A DNA stretch of 64,000 nucleotides from Candidatus Kapaibacterium sp. (lineage in GTDB: Bacteria > Bacteroidota > Ignavibacteria > Kapaibacteriales > NICIL-2), in the NCBI GenBank assembly GCA_025055755.1, contig JANWWF010000005.1, forward strand, positions 5,585 to 69,584. The letters are read 5' to 3'. The position numbers and the translations under genes are program-made. This document shows, piece after piece, positions 11,137 to 20,182 of this stretch. The notes below the pieces were generated by a model. That model ran no database searches. It had not been told where the DNA came from and worked only from the letters and a program-made list of their open reading frames with translations. Within the stretch, counting starts at the first letter, position 1, and each line of letters opens with the position of its first letter.

Positions 11137-11832
11137 ATGGCGCTTTCTCGCACTCAAGTATTTGGCCTGCTCCTGATAGGGGCAGGGGTGCTTCTCCTCC
11201 TTGATGCATTGGGCATCTTCCCCGGGGAAGAATTGCTTTCCCGGTGGTGGCCCCTTGTAGTGATAGCGCTTGGCATTCGACTGGCAGTTCGAAGACCAGA
11301 GAAGTTGACTACAGGACTTGCGGTGATTGCCCTTGGTTGCTTACTTCTTGCCAGCACTATTATTCCAGGTTTCGACCTATGGACAGCAGCAGTTCCCGTA
11401 CTGCTGATTGTCATTGGTATCGGGATTCTTCTTCGCCCCATCCGACCCCAGAAAGAGGGAAATACTCCAAGCGCATTTACTCGCCGATCGCTATCGAGCG
11501 ACGACGAGCTGGTGAACCTGGCTGTTGTATTTGGCAGTTTCGAGCAGATAGTCACCAGCAGCCACTTCCGTGGCGGTACAGTGCAAGCTTATTTTGGAAG
11601 CGCGACACTCGACCTGCGCCCTTCCACGATGGCAACAACAGAGGCATCACTGGAAGTGGATGTAGTGTTTGGCAGCATTCAACTGCTCCTTCCCCCTTCG
11701 TGGAATGTGCTCATTGAGGGCACACCACTATTTGGCAGCATCGAACATAGAGCTACACAAAGTTCCTCCCCAACTGCCTGTATCCTTCGCGTGCAGGCAA
11801 ATGTCGTTTTTGGTAGCATTGAAATTCGGTGA
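11137..11832 (+). CDS. LiaF-like membrane protein (N-terminal 4-TM domain plus DUF2154-like C-terminal domain)
   Basis: GLLLIGAGVLLLL...WWPLVVIALG TM block; C-terminal repeats AVVFGS, AYFGS..LDL, VVFGSI.L..P..WNV, VVFGSIEI. Confidence 0.8.
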   Translation: MALSRTQVFGLLLIGAGVLLLLDALGIFPGEELLSRWWPLVVIALGIRLAVRRPEKLTTGLAVIALGCLLLASTIIPGFDLWTAAVPVLLIVIGIGILLRPIRPQKEGNTPSAFTRRSLSSDDELVNLAVVFGSFEQIVTSSHFRGGTVQAYFGSATLDLRPSTMATTEASLEVDVVFGSIQLLLPPSWNVLIEGTPLFGSIEHRATQSSSPTACILRVQANVVFGSIEIR

Positions 11833-11887
11833 ATCAAATTGGGGGATTTACCGTTTCTGCACAGAGAATACTCGCTCCTGATGCATC

Positions 11888-12463
11888 ATGGCACAAGACT
11901 ACAGTGGGCTTAGCGACAGTGAACTGTATAGCCTGCTTTCCCAACCTGACCACCGGGAGGCTGCATTCGGTGAGCTATACCGGCGCTATAGCCATCGCGT
12001 GTTTGTGTACTGCCGGAAAATTCTTGGCAATTCCCATGATGCCGACGATGCATTCCAGGAGACATTCATCAAATTGCTCGGGAGTGCAAGTCCTAAGCGG
12101 CAAATGACCAATTTCCCGGCATTCCTTCTAACAATCGCGCGGAATACATGTAGAGACATGCTTGCTGTGCGGCATCGAGAACACGTCGAGCTCATCGAGG
12201 AACTCCACGGTGTAGCTTGCGATTTCAGCGTTGAGCAGAATGAAATCAATCAGCTTATCACGATGGCGCTTGATCTCCTCCCCTTCGAGTGGCGCGAAGC
12301 AATCGTTCTCCAGCTTTATGCTAACATGAGCTACAGCGAAATTGCCGAGGCAATGGGCGTTCCGGTCACCACCGTGCGGAATTGGATCTGTCGTGGCAAG
12401 CAACGCTTGCGCGAAATTCTTCAGCCTTACTTTGACGAACGAGATGTTCGATCGGCGCAATAA
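11888..12463 (+). CDS. ECF sigma-70 factor
   Basis: AFGELYRRY, DADDAFQETFIK (region 2), WREAIVL...MSYSEIAEAMGVPVTTVRNWICRGKQRL (region 4). Confidence 0.92.
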   Translation: MAQDYSGLSDSELYSLLSQPDHREAAFGELYRRYSHRVFVYCRKILGNSHDADDAFQETFIKLLGSASPKRQMTNFPAFLLTIARNTCRDMLAVRHREHVELIEELHGVACDFSVEQNEINQLITMALDLLPFEWREAIVLQLYANMSYSEIAEAMGVPVTTVRNWICRGKQRLREILQPYFDERDVRSAQ

Positions 12464-12468
12464 CTGCA

Positions 12469-13680
12469 ATGGAACAGTGGTCGTACCAAATGATGATTGA
12501 CCTCTATCTCGACGGTGAGCTGCCCGTCGAGCAACGGAGTATGCTCTTTAGTGCCTTAGCCACAAATGAAGAGCTCCAGCAGCACTTCCATCAGGCTCTC
12601 CTGATACGACTTGCTGCGCTGCAGGAAGCCCAGCATCTTATGCCATCTCCTGCTCTGACTGCTCGCATTATGAGTGCAGCACAGATGCCGCCACCACCAA
12701 CCTCTTTCTTTGCACGAGTATGGCGCTCGAGAATTACTCGCAGCATCCTTGCCGTTGGCAGCGCATTTGTATGCGGGATCGCGGTGGGTAGTTTTCTTGC
12801 TCCAACAACAACGACACTTTCCCCTTCGCGCAATGCTCAGTTTACTACAGCCCAACTGAGCAAAGATGCCGCGGCGATTACTGATGTTCAGACCTCGGAG
12901 ACGACCGCAAGCGCTATTTTCAGAGAGAACCCTCGCTTTCCTGTTCCAATGCCAACTTCTTCACCTTCGCCAAGTGTGCACAGCAGCGACAATAATCCTC
13001 CCGAAAGTGTAGCAATCGTACCTGTTGCCACCCGCACAAGTACTGTTGCTCTGGTTCACACGGACACTCCCACCTTGCCCACTTTCCATGGAGTGCCTCG
13101 CATACCCTCTGTTTCTTCTATGCCGCTGACGATAGCTCTTCCTCCTGTGCCTTGGTCTCAAAAGGAATCAGAGCTAATTATCAGCATGCGGCGGACAAGC
13201 ATGCTAGCATTCCGTCAGCCTCATCTGCTTGCTCCCGTTAGCTCCTCACCAGTAGCAAACACTATCGTCGCTGTTGAATTCCGTGAGCGGAATGTGAGCC
13301 TATGTGCTCAAGCTGGCTATGAACAATTTCCACTCCTTACGGCAAAAGAGGAAGGATCAATGCAGGGCGCGGCTACGCCTATCAGACAATACTTTCCACA
13401 ACAGCAAATGTGGTGGATTGGTGCAGGCTTGCGAGCATATCTGCCAGTGGATACTGCTGAATCACTGCCACTTCCTTTTCGGCCCTTTGCAGGAATAATG
13501 CTTGGCACCAGTGCATCGGGGGTGCTTGGACGGGGCGAAGTAGGGATACTGTGGGAAGTACTTCCATCGGTGGGGATTCAATTTCTGCTGGAAGGAATGG
13601 TGCATTCGCATACAGTCGGTTCTCAGTGGGAACACGCAGAAAAGCTAAGCGGAAGTATTGGTGTTGCTTTCCGTTTCTAA
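12469..13680 (+). CDS. Putative anti-sigma factor: N-terminal ASD-like domain, single TM, long P/S/T linker, C-terminal beta-barrel-like domain
   Basis: YLDGELPVEQR N-terminus; hydrophobic ILAVGSAFVCGIAVGSFLA; amphipathic strands ending GSIGVAFRF; 5 nt after ECF stop. Confidence 0.7.
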   Translation: MEQWSYQMMIDLYLDGELPVEQRSMLFSALATNEELQQHFHQALLIRLAALQEAQHLMPSPALTARIMSAAQMPPPPTSFFARVWRSRITRSILAVGSAFVCGIAVGSFLAPTTTTLSPSRNAQFTTAQLSKDAAAITDVQTSETTASAIFRENPRFPVPMPTSSPSPSVHSSDNNPPESVAIVPVATRTSTVALVHTDTPTLPTFHGVPRIPSVSSMPLTIALPPVPWSQKESELIISMRRTSMLAFRQPHLLAPVSSSPVANTIVAVEFRERNVSLCAQAGYEQFPLLTAKEEGSMQGAATPIRQYFPQQQMWWIGAGLRAYLPVDTAESLPLPFRPFAGIMLGTSASGVLGRGEVGILWEVLPSVGIQFLLEGMVHSHTVGSQWEHAEKLSGSIGVAFRF

Positions 13681-15288
13681 GGAACTCGCTGGATGATGTG
13701 GCTCCACAAAGATCACTGATTCTCGGAGCATCTCGACCGCTCCGACACGCCGTCCTTTCGGCTTGCGAAGGTACTTCCGCTGGGTCCATGATACTGGCAC
13801 ATAGCGTGCATTCCGCGCTCCTGAGTAGTAGGCAACAATCGCTGCTGCCGATTCAATGACAGGCATTGGAGGAAGCGTCCGTCCCGCTACGGGTATGAGC
13901 CCGTGTGCTCCCTCCACACCGCGTGCATGGAGCCACACGTCGTGAGGGCGAGCCACTCGATAGGTGAGTTCTTCGTTGCTACGAGCATCTTTGCCAACCA
14001 GGAGCACGTAGCCCATCGGTAGAGGAAATTCCCGGAATCGCGTGCTTCCTTGTACTGGCAGTTTTATTGCTGGATGTTGCCTCGGAGGATAAAGGCGTTG
14101 CTCGAGAGTGTTGGCTTCACCGCTGGATTGTATGGTGTCAAGCTGTGCAAGAGCATCGCGCAATATCTGCTCTCGCTCTGAAAGCTGCACCAGTCGATCT
14201 TGTGCAATCTTGGCGGCTCGCCGAATCTTGCGAGCACGAGCAAAGAACTTTTCGGCATTCTCCAACACTGTCAAAGATGGATCAAGGGTGATATCCACGG
14301 AATGCCCATCCCAACCCTGACAGCTAAGTGTGTGGATACCGCGCTGATGTCGCTGGGGATGTGCAATAAGGAGATGCCCCCATTGCTCAAGCTGGTCAGC
14401 CTCAGGTGCAGAAACAACATCCTGCTGCAGAGCAGCTTTTGCGTGCTCTATTCGCTGTAACTCTCCCTGGATGCGACGATGAAGCTGCGTCCTTGCACGC
14501 TCGAGCGCCCACGCGCGATAGCGCAAGCGAACGATATGGTACACTCCTTGTTCCACACTCTTGAGATGTTCCACTTCCCCTTCTGCCTCAAAAACGGGAG
14601 CAAGGAGAAAGAGCTGCTCTGTACCTTGCCGAACAAGAACAGGGGTTGGCTGCTCAATTAGGTGTTGGCGATACTGATAAGCTTGGTCAATAATACGCTG
14701 CCGTTCTGCCAGGGCGATGCTGCCCCACAAGAGAGAAGGCTCCAGCCCCTGCTGATGACAAAAGTGTACCGCATAGGGGGAAGCAAGCAGTATTCTGCTA
14801 CGGCTAAGCACCTGGCTAAGCGGAGAGTCGTCGCGATAGTCAAGGGGATCAGGAAGGGGTGATTCAGGTAGCTCCCACCGCTGAGGTACTGATTCTGTCC
14901 CAACCGCTGTCACAACTTGGCAGGAGAAAGGGTCTCGTACAACGCAGAAAAGCCGAGTTCCTGGAATTGCGATAAAGACAAGCTCCACATCCCCAAGAGC
15001 AAAAGTGACAATACGATTTGCAGGAGCAATGCGAATGCCCCGCACTGGCATGTACTGAAGTTGTGGCAATATGGGCTCACGAATGCGCGGGGGATTGGCA
15101 CGGTGAATGTAGATTCCTCGAATCGGCTGTGCTGGCTGGAGCACTACAACACGTCTTCCGGCGGCACTTTCGATAGCAACACAGAGCTCGCCCTCTTGTG
15201 TGCGGTAGCATTGCTCGATAGCTGCACCGTCAAGGTGGCGATGCAGCTCCTCAATCAAAGCAGCAAGGGTCAGCCAATGGTTAATCAT
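13645..15288 (-). CDS. rqcH: NFACT/RqcH (FbpA-like) ribosome quality-control protein
   Basis: ITLDPSLTVLENAEKFFARARK coiled coil; NFACT-R domain VGKDARSNEELT...DVWLHARGVEGAH...AAYYS...TQRKYLRKPKG. Confidence 0.85.
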   Translation of the reverse strand: MINHWLTLAALIEELHRHLDGAAIEQCYRTQEGELCVAIESAAGRRVVVLQPAQPIRGIYIHRANPPRIREPILPQLQYMPVRGIRIAPANRIVTFALGDVELVFIAIPGTRLFCVVRDPFSCQVVTAVGTESVPQRWELPESPLPDPLDYRDDSPLSQVLSRSRILLASPYAVHFCHQQGLEPSLLWGSIALAERQRIIDQAYQYRQHLIEQPTPVLVRQGTEQLFLLAPVFEAEGEVEHLKSVEQGVYHIVRLRYRAWALERARTQLHRRIQGELQRIEHAKAALQQDVVSAPEADQLEQWGHLLIAHPQRHQRGIHTLSCQGWDGHSVDITLDPSLTVLENAEKFFARARKIRRAAKIAQDRLVQLSEREQILRDALAQLDTIQSSGEANTLEQRLYPPRQHPAIKLPVQGSTRFREFPLPMGYVLLVGKDARSNEELTYRVARPHDVWLHARGVEGAHGLIPVAGRTLPPMPVIESAAAIVAYYSGARNARYVPVSWTQRKYLRKPKGRRVGAVEMLRESVIFVEPHHPASSLETESNTNTSA

Positions 15289-18107
15289 CGTCTTCTGCGC
15301 TCAGGAAGAGTAGGCAAGGTTTCCTGCACTGGTGGACACGAAACAGTTGCCAGAAAACGACGCATTTCCGCCGCAATAGTAGCATCTGGCTCCAGTTTCA
15401 GCATTGCTTCCAACCTGCAACGAAACTTGGAGCCGCAGAGTGCACGATAGCACTGTAAACGTAAAGGGGGAGGAAGTGCGATGATTGCACGCTCAAGCTG
15501 TTGCCACTGGGCGGGGAAATCCTGCTGGGTCGAATCGAGCATCGTCATGCACAATGCAATGGAGCGGCGTCCTGCATCGGTTGGACAATTACGGAGAAGC
15601 TCGGCTACAGTAGCTGGTGTCCACGCATTACTTTCGCGTAATCCCAGTACCGCACTGGTCCGAACAATTGCAGCAGTGTCGCGCAACAGTCGCACGATTA
15701 GATCCCGTGCACCAGCCCCCTCAAGGGCTGCAAGAGCATAGGCAGCCCGCGCCCGTACCCACGAATGGCTATCCTGCAGAAGCTGCACAAGAACAGCACT
15801 GAGCGTGCGGAACTTCCCTTCTCCAGCCTGTTGTGCTGCCGCTGCTCGAATCCGCCAATCGCTATGGCGGAAAAAAACGCGAAGCGAATCTGCAAGTACT
15901 GCGATACGACACTTGCCTATTGACCACAGGCACATGAGGACCGTTGCCGTTCGGGGGGAATGGAGAGAGTCTCGCACAAGAGCTATTACTGCTGCTGAAT
16001 CCCGTTGGTACAAGCGCGGAATAATGTCCTCAAGTGCGAGTCGCTCTCGTGGGAATGGTGTTCCCAGCCTTGCAGCTATAAGTGGCAGTGCTGCTATTCC
16101 ACGCTCAACAATCGCGGCGCGGGCAGGTGCAACATAATGCTGGTACTTCTGCGGTGCTGTGCTTGCCAGCACAAACAAGCTATCAAGAGACGTGGGTAAT
16201 TGCAGCATTGGTTTTTGTTCAGAAGTAGCTTGGGCAACAGTAGCTGTATCAACTCCATCGAATGTAATCCCAAACGTGGCTTTGTATGTTGTCACGTCGT
16301 TTCCTAGAGGCAATGCATAGCGATCATTGCCGCTGGCATCAACAAAAACGCCCAGCATCGGTAATCCTCGTCGCAAATCGGAAAAGCCGCGAGTATTGCC
16401 ATCATTACGCGTGATGTAGGCGTCATCTCCCTGGCGATCAACGAAGATACTCAGCGCATTTGCATTTCCTCCACCCAGAGACAGGGACTCGACCGAGTAT
16501 GCATCATCCCCTTTCTCATCGAGCAAGAACCCAACACCGACATCATGTCCGCACCCTTGCGACACTCCTCGAGCAAAGTAAAGGTCATTGCCACTGTGGT
16601 CCCACAGCATACCATGAGCGAAGTGAATACCTGCACCTTGTGCATACTGGTAGGCAATGTAACGATCCTCGCCATCATGATCATCAAGAATTCCTATGCC
16701 GAACCAGTAGGCAGTCCCCTGTCCATAGATGTCACTTGTGTACACATCGTTGCCCTTTCGATCGCGAAGCAATGCGATACCACCACTGGCAATAGGCCGG
16801 TAGCCAAGCGCAGCGCCTTGCGTAAAGGCAAGATAGTGTGCATCGTAGCGCAGGACATCCACAAAGGGACTGGAAGTGGTGTAGATGTCATTTCCGCCTT
16901 CATCGAGAAGGATTGCTACAGCCTGTGTACCTGCAAATGCTTGTCCATGAGCAGAGACAGTATAGTGATCGTTGCCCTCCCCATCCCACAAAAGCCCAAC
17001 ACCAAAAACGGCTGCTGCCTGTGAGCACACGGCACCGATGTACGTATCATTACCTGCTTCATCGCGAAGAATACCAAAACCCCACAGACCAGCACCGAGG
17101 GAGAAATTACCTGCCCGATAGAGATCATCACCTGAACGGTCATAAAGAATCCCGCAACCAGCTACTCCTGCTCCCAGGGTGTAATCGGAGCCTAGGTAAA
17201 GATCATTGCCCGCAAGGTCTATTACGATGTGCACACCTCGCTCAAATGCCCGCTGTTTGGAGCTTTCCAGGTGATATGTGTCGTTGCCGCCCACGTCGAA
17301 GATGAAAAGGAAATCTCCTCGATATACATCATCGTATGGACCACCAATAGCACAGCGCCCAAACGGGGTATCCCACACAATTGTTCGAATGCTATCTCGG
17401 AGAAGCTCCCATGCCTGCTGGGTACGACGAAGACGGTCAGCAATCTGCGCATACAGACTAACGGCATAACTGAGCAGTGTTGAGACATCGGTGGCACGGG
17501 CGCGATCGAAAAACAAGCGTGCAATCGAGTCCGCTCGTAGCTCGGCAGCTTTAATCTGATATGGATCAGCCTCTTCATCCTCCTTCGAGAGAAGCCACAG
17601 CGTATCGCTATGCGGGAAAAGGACTGGATCAGTCCGCAAAAAGCGGCGTACACGCTCGGTTGCTTGAAGAAAAGCAGCAATCGGATACAAGTACTGCTGC
17701 ACAATACTCTGGTACACCAGCGACGTTCGTAGCAACTGTTCGCTTGATGCATCCGCAGGATAGTATCCCCATTGTGCCGAAGGAAGAGAAAGGTTTATGG
17801 TTCGATGCCCTGCCTCACGAAGGAGGCGCTCGAGTGCATGGCCAGTTGCTCCAGTACATGCACTATCGCCAAGATTACCCAGTCGCACCCCGTATTCGAC
17901 TAACGCAAGGGGATCGGTAAACACGCGCTCGACCATCTCCAACCGATAGGGGTCGCGAGGGCTCAAATCACTCGGAAGGGTCAGATCGCTCCAGCGCATG
18001 CTTACCTGCTGGAGAGCACGCTCTATGGGAATGCGAACGCTGCTTGATTGCGCGAATGCTTCGCACAGCAGAACAAGTCCAAGACACCACCGGCCGATAC
18101 ACTTCAT
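15285..18107 (-). CDS. Secreted ~940-aa protein with 12 DxxG(N/D/E)DxY repeats and C-terminal HEAT repeats
   Basis: Signal peptide MKCIGRWCLGLVLLCEAFAQ; repeats e.g. DVGGNDTY, DLAGNDLY, DEAGNDTY; HEAT-like DWRIRAAAA, SWVRARAAYAL; ATGA overlaps at both ends. Confidence 0.75.
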   Translation of the reverse strand: MKCIGRWCLGLVLLCEAFAQSSSVRIPIERALQQVSMRWSDLTLPSDLSPRDPYRLEMVERVFTDPLALVEYGVRLGNLGDSACTGATGHALERLLREAGHRTINLSLPSAQWGYYPADASSEQLLRTSLVYQSIVQQYLYPIAAFLQATERVRRFLRTDPVLFPHSDTLWLLSKEDEEADPYQIKAAELRADSIARLFFDRARATDVSTLLSYAVSLYAQIADRLRRTQQAWELLRDSIRTIVWDTPFGRCAIGGPYDDVYRGDFLFIFDVGGNDTYHLESSKQRAFERGVHIVIDLAGNDLYLGSDYTLGAGVAGCGILYDRSGDDLYRAGNFSLGAGLWGFGILRDEAGNDTYIGAVCSQAAAVFGVGLLWDGEGNDHYTVSAHGQAFAGTQAVAILLDEGGNDIYTTSSPFVDVLRYDAHYLAFTQGAALGYRPIASGGIALLRDRKGNDVYTSDIYGQGTAYWFGIGILDDHDGEDRYIAYQYAQGAGIHFAHGMLWDHSGNDLYFARGVSQGCGHDVGVGFLLDEKGDDAYSVESLSLGGGNANALSIFVDRQGDDAYITRNDGNTRGFSDLRRGLPMLGVFVDASGNDRYALPLGNDVTTYKATFGITFDGVDTATVAQATSEQKPMLQLPTSLDSLFVLASTAPQKYQHYVAPARAAIVERGIAALPLIAARLGTPFPRERLALEDIIPRLYQRDSAAVIALVRDSLHSPRTATVLMCLWSIGKCRIAVLADSLRVFFRHSDWRIRAAAAQQAGEGKFRTLSAVLVQLLQDSHSWVRARAAYALAALEGAGARDLIVRLLRDTAAIVRTSAVLGLRESNAWTPATVAELLRNCPTDAGRRSIALCMTMLDSTQQDFPAQWQQLERAIIALPPPLRLQCYRALCGSKFRCRLEAMLKLEPDATIAAEMRRFLATVSCPPVQETLPTLPERRRR

Positions 18108-19246
18108 GCTGATCCAGCGCCTTGTTGTGGCAAAAGCACAATATGCATATCCTCTCCACTGCGTCCCATAGCATGGATGCGCCAGCAAGGAGCATCTTCC
18201 AGCGAGCTCACAGAAAATGCACTAAACGCATGCATACCATTACCCACAATAATGGGAGCAACAAATAGATGGAGCTCATCAATGAGGCGTTGCTCTGCGA
18301 ATGAGGAAAGAACCTGCTGTCCTCCTTCTACCAAGATGGAGGTGATAGTGTACTCTTGTGCCAGAAGTCTGAGGGCATCAGGAAGAGAAAGCCTTCCCTT
18401 TGCATCGAGTGGCACTGCGACAATACTCACACCATTGCGGCGGAGCATCTCTGCTTTTGCCGAGCGGCTTGCTTGCTCTCCAGTGCATACAATCGTGGAC
18501 GTGCGGTGCTCATCGCACAGTAGGCGCACTGTGGGATCAAGGCGCAGCGCTGTATCCAACACAATGCGGCGAGGCATACGTCCACGCACCAAGCGTGGTC
18601 CTAAATGAGGATTATCTTTTTCCACTGTCCCCCGACCAACAAGGACTGCGTCAATCTCAGCGCGAAGTGCATGGACGCGACGCCGTGATTCCTCCCCCGT
18701 AATCCATTGAGATTGTCCTGTAGCAGTTGCAAGACAGCCATCAAGCGAGGTAGCAACCTTTGCCACTACATAGGGAGAACCAGTGGTGACATGCTTAATG
18801 AAAAAGCGGTTGAGCCAACGGCATTCATGCTCGCGGACTCCAACGACAACCTCGATACCTATCGAGCGTAAGCGTTCAATGCCACCACTTGCGAGGGGAT
18901 TAGGGTCCGGCATACCAATGACAACACGGCTAATGCCACGTGTTGGGTCAATCGTCCCGTCACTTCGGCGTTTTGTTGCGAGGATAGCATCGGTGCAGGG
19001 GGGCTGTTTTCCCCAATGGATGCATGGTTCAAGGGTCACAACTAACGTTGCTCCATCAAGAGATTCGGTAGCACTTTCGATTGCATGGACTTCGGCATGC
19101 AAGCCACCAAAGTGATCATGCCATCCCTCTGCTATGATACGGCCATCTCGCACGATAACACATCCCACGCGGGGGTTAGGACTAACCTTTCCTGTTCCGC
19201 GCAGTGCAAGCTCAAGTGCACGCCCCATCGCTTCATAGTCGGTCAT
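18104..19246 (-). CDS. ribD: Bifunctional riboflavin deaminase/reductase
   Basis: SPNPRVGCV, HAEVHA, TLEPC.H.GKQPPC, KVATSLDG, WITGEESR, LVEGG; start ATG 19246 overlaps upstream TGA. Confidence 0.96.
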   Translation of the reverse strand: MTDYEAMGRALELALRGTGKVSPNPRVGCVIVRDGRIIAEGWHDHFGGLHAEVHAIESATESLDGATLVVTLEPCIHWGKQPPCTDAILATKRRSDGTIDPTRGISRVVIGMPDPNPLASGGIERLRSIGIEVVVGVREHECRWLNRFFIKHVTTGSPYVVAKVATSLDGCLATATGQSQWITGEESRRRVHALRAEIDAVLVGRGTVEKDNPHLGPRLVRGRMPRRIVLDTALRLDPTVRLLCDEHRTSTIVCTGEQASRSAKAEMLRRNGVSIVAVPLDAKGRLSLPDALRLLAQEYTITSILVEGGQQVLSSFAEQRLIDELHLFVAPIIVGNGMHAFSAFSVSSLEDAPCWRIHAMGRSGEDMHIVLLPQQGAGSA

Positions 19247-20088
19247 TGCCGTCCACCTTTCCACTCGAACGATATACGGGCGGTGTAGGGATAGGGCTTA
19301 GCAACTAAGGAAAGAACTGCTGTATAGCGACCCGGGGGAAGTGGATTGCCTTCATCATCAGTGCCCGGCCACTCGAAGGTAAAGCGCTTGATTTCCCCCC
19401 GCTTTGGCTGGACTGCCGAAATTTCTTGCAGAAAATCCATGCCTGTATTGCTGCTAAAGCGTAACCTCCCCTGCTCATCAAATATTTGCACGCGCAATCG
19501 CTCACTGGTAGGATGGTAGTCCTCTCCGTACCCTCGGTGACGCACCGCGAGCAAAGCAAACGTCACACTCGAATCCGTCTGGGCATCAATAAATGGAGCG
19601 ACGGTAATAAAAGGGCGGGTAGAATCATCCGGTAGCGCAAGGACAGTATCGAATGCTGTTTGGTAGCGCTTGCCATCCATCATGATGATGTCGAAGCGGC
19701 AGTGGACCGTATCAAGTGGAACTCCCAGTGGATTCGACCACCGGGCAAATGCTTCCGTGATGATTGTATCACGTTTTTCCTGAAATCCTGTTGTTGCATT
19801 GACAACCGGCAAAGAAAGAGTAGTGTCGTAGTGGGCTCTTCCTCGAATCGCAAGAGTAGCATCAATCGCTGTAATCCCGAAGACAAAATGGTGGAGGGGC
19901 GAAGTTGTATCTCGGAGTGTGCGGAATTGGATTTCAACATTCAAGCCACCATTCCGAAATTCAACAAAGCGGACAGGGGCTACTGGCGGAGGAGGAACCT
20001 CAGGCTGACCTGACAATACGCCACTTGCCCCGCGACAACCTATCAACACACAAACACCGGTAAGCACTCCAACCCAACCGAAACGCAT
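19243..20088 (-). CDS. Lipoprotein with C-terminal BsuPI/FlgD-like Ig domain
   Basis: Lipobox LIGC; IFDEQGRLRFS...FLQE...FTFEWPGTDDEGNPLPPGRYTA pattern. Confidence 0.65.
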   Translation of the reverse strand: MRFGWVGVLTGVCVLIGCRGASGVLSGQPEVPPPPVAPVRFVEFRNGGLNVEIQFRTLRDTTSPLHHFVFGITAIDATLAIRGRAHYDTTLSLPVVNATTGFQEKRDTIITEAFARWSNPLGVPLDTVHCRFDIIMMDGKRYQTAFDTVLALPDDSTRPFITVAPFIDAQTDSSVTFALLAVRHRGYGEDYHPTSERLRVQIFDEQGRLRFSSNTGMDFLQEISAVQPKRGEIKRFTFEWPGTDDEGNPLPPGRYTAVLSLVAKPYPYTARISFEWKGGRQ

Positions 20089-20121
20089 AGGTAATTGCAG
20101 GAGAATACAAAACAGTACCTC

Positions 20122-20159
20122 AAAAATGCAACGGGGAGCACGTTTCTGCCCCCCGCTGC
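20122..20159 (-). terminator. Intrinsic terminator after rplY
   Basis: Minus strand GCAGCGGGGGG...CTCCCCGTTGC GC-rich stem followed by ATTTTT. Confidence 0.6.
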
Positions 20160-20182
20160 GTAGAGTGCAGTAACGATGTTTA

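Noticed and set aside
16317-17300. Possible CRISPR or DNA tandem-repeat array
   Set aside because: The periodicity is at protein level (DxxGNDxY) with synonymous divergence; no identical 23-47-nt repeats with spacers were seen here or elsewhere in the window.
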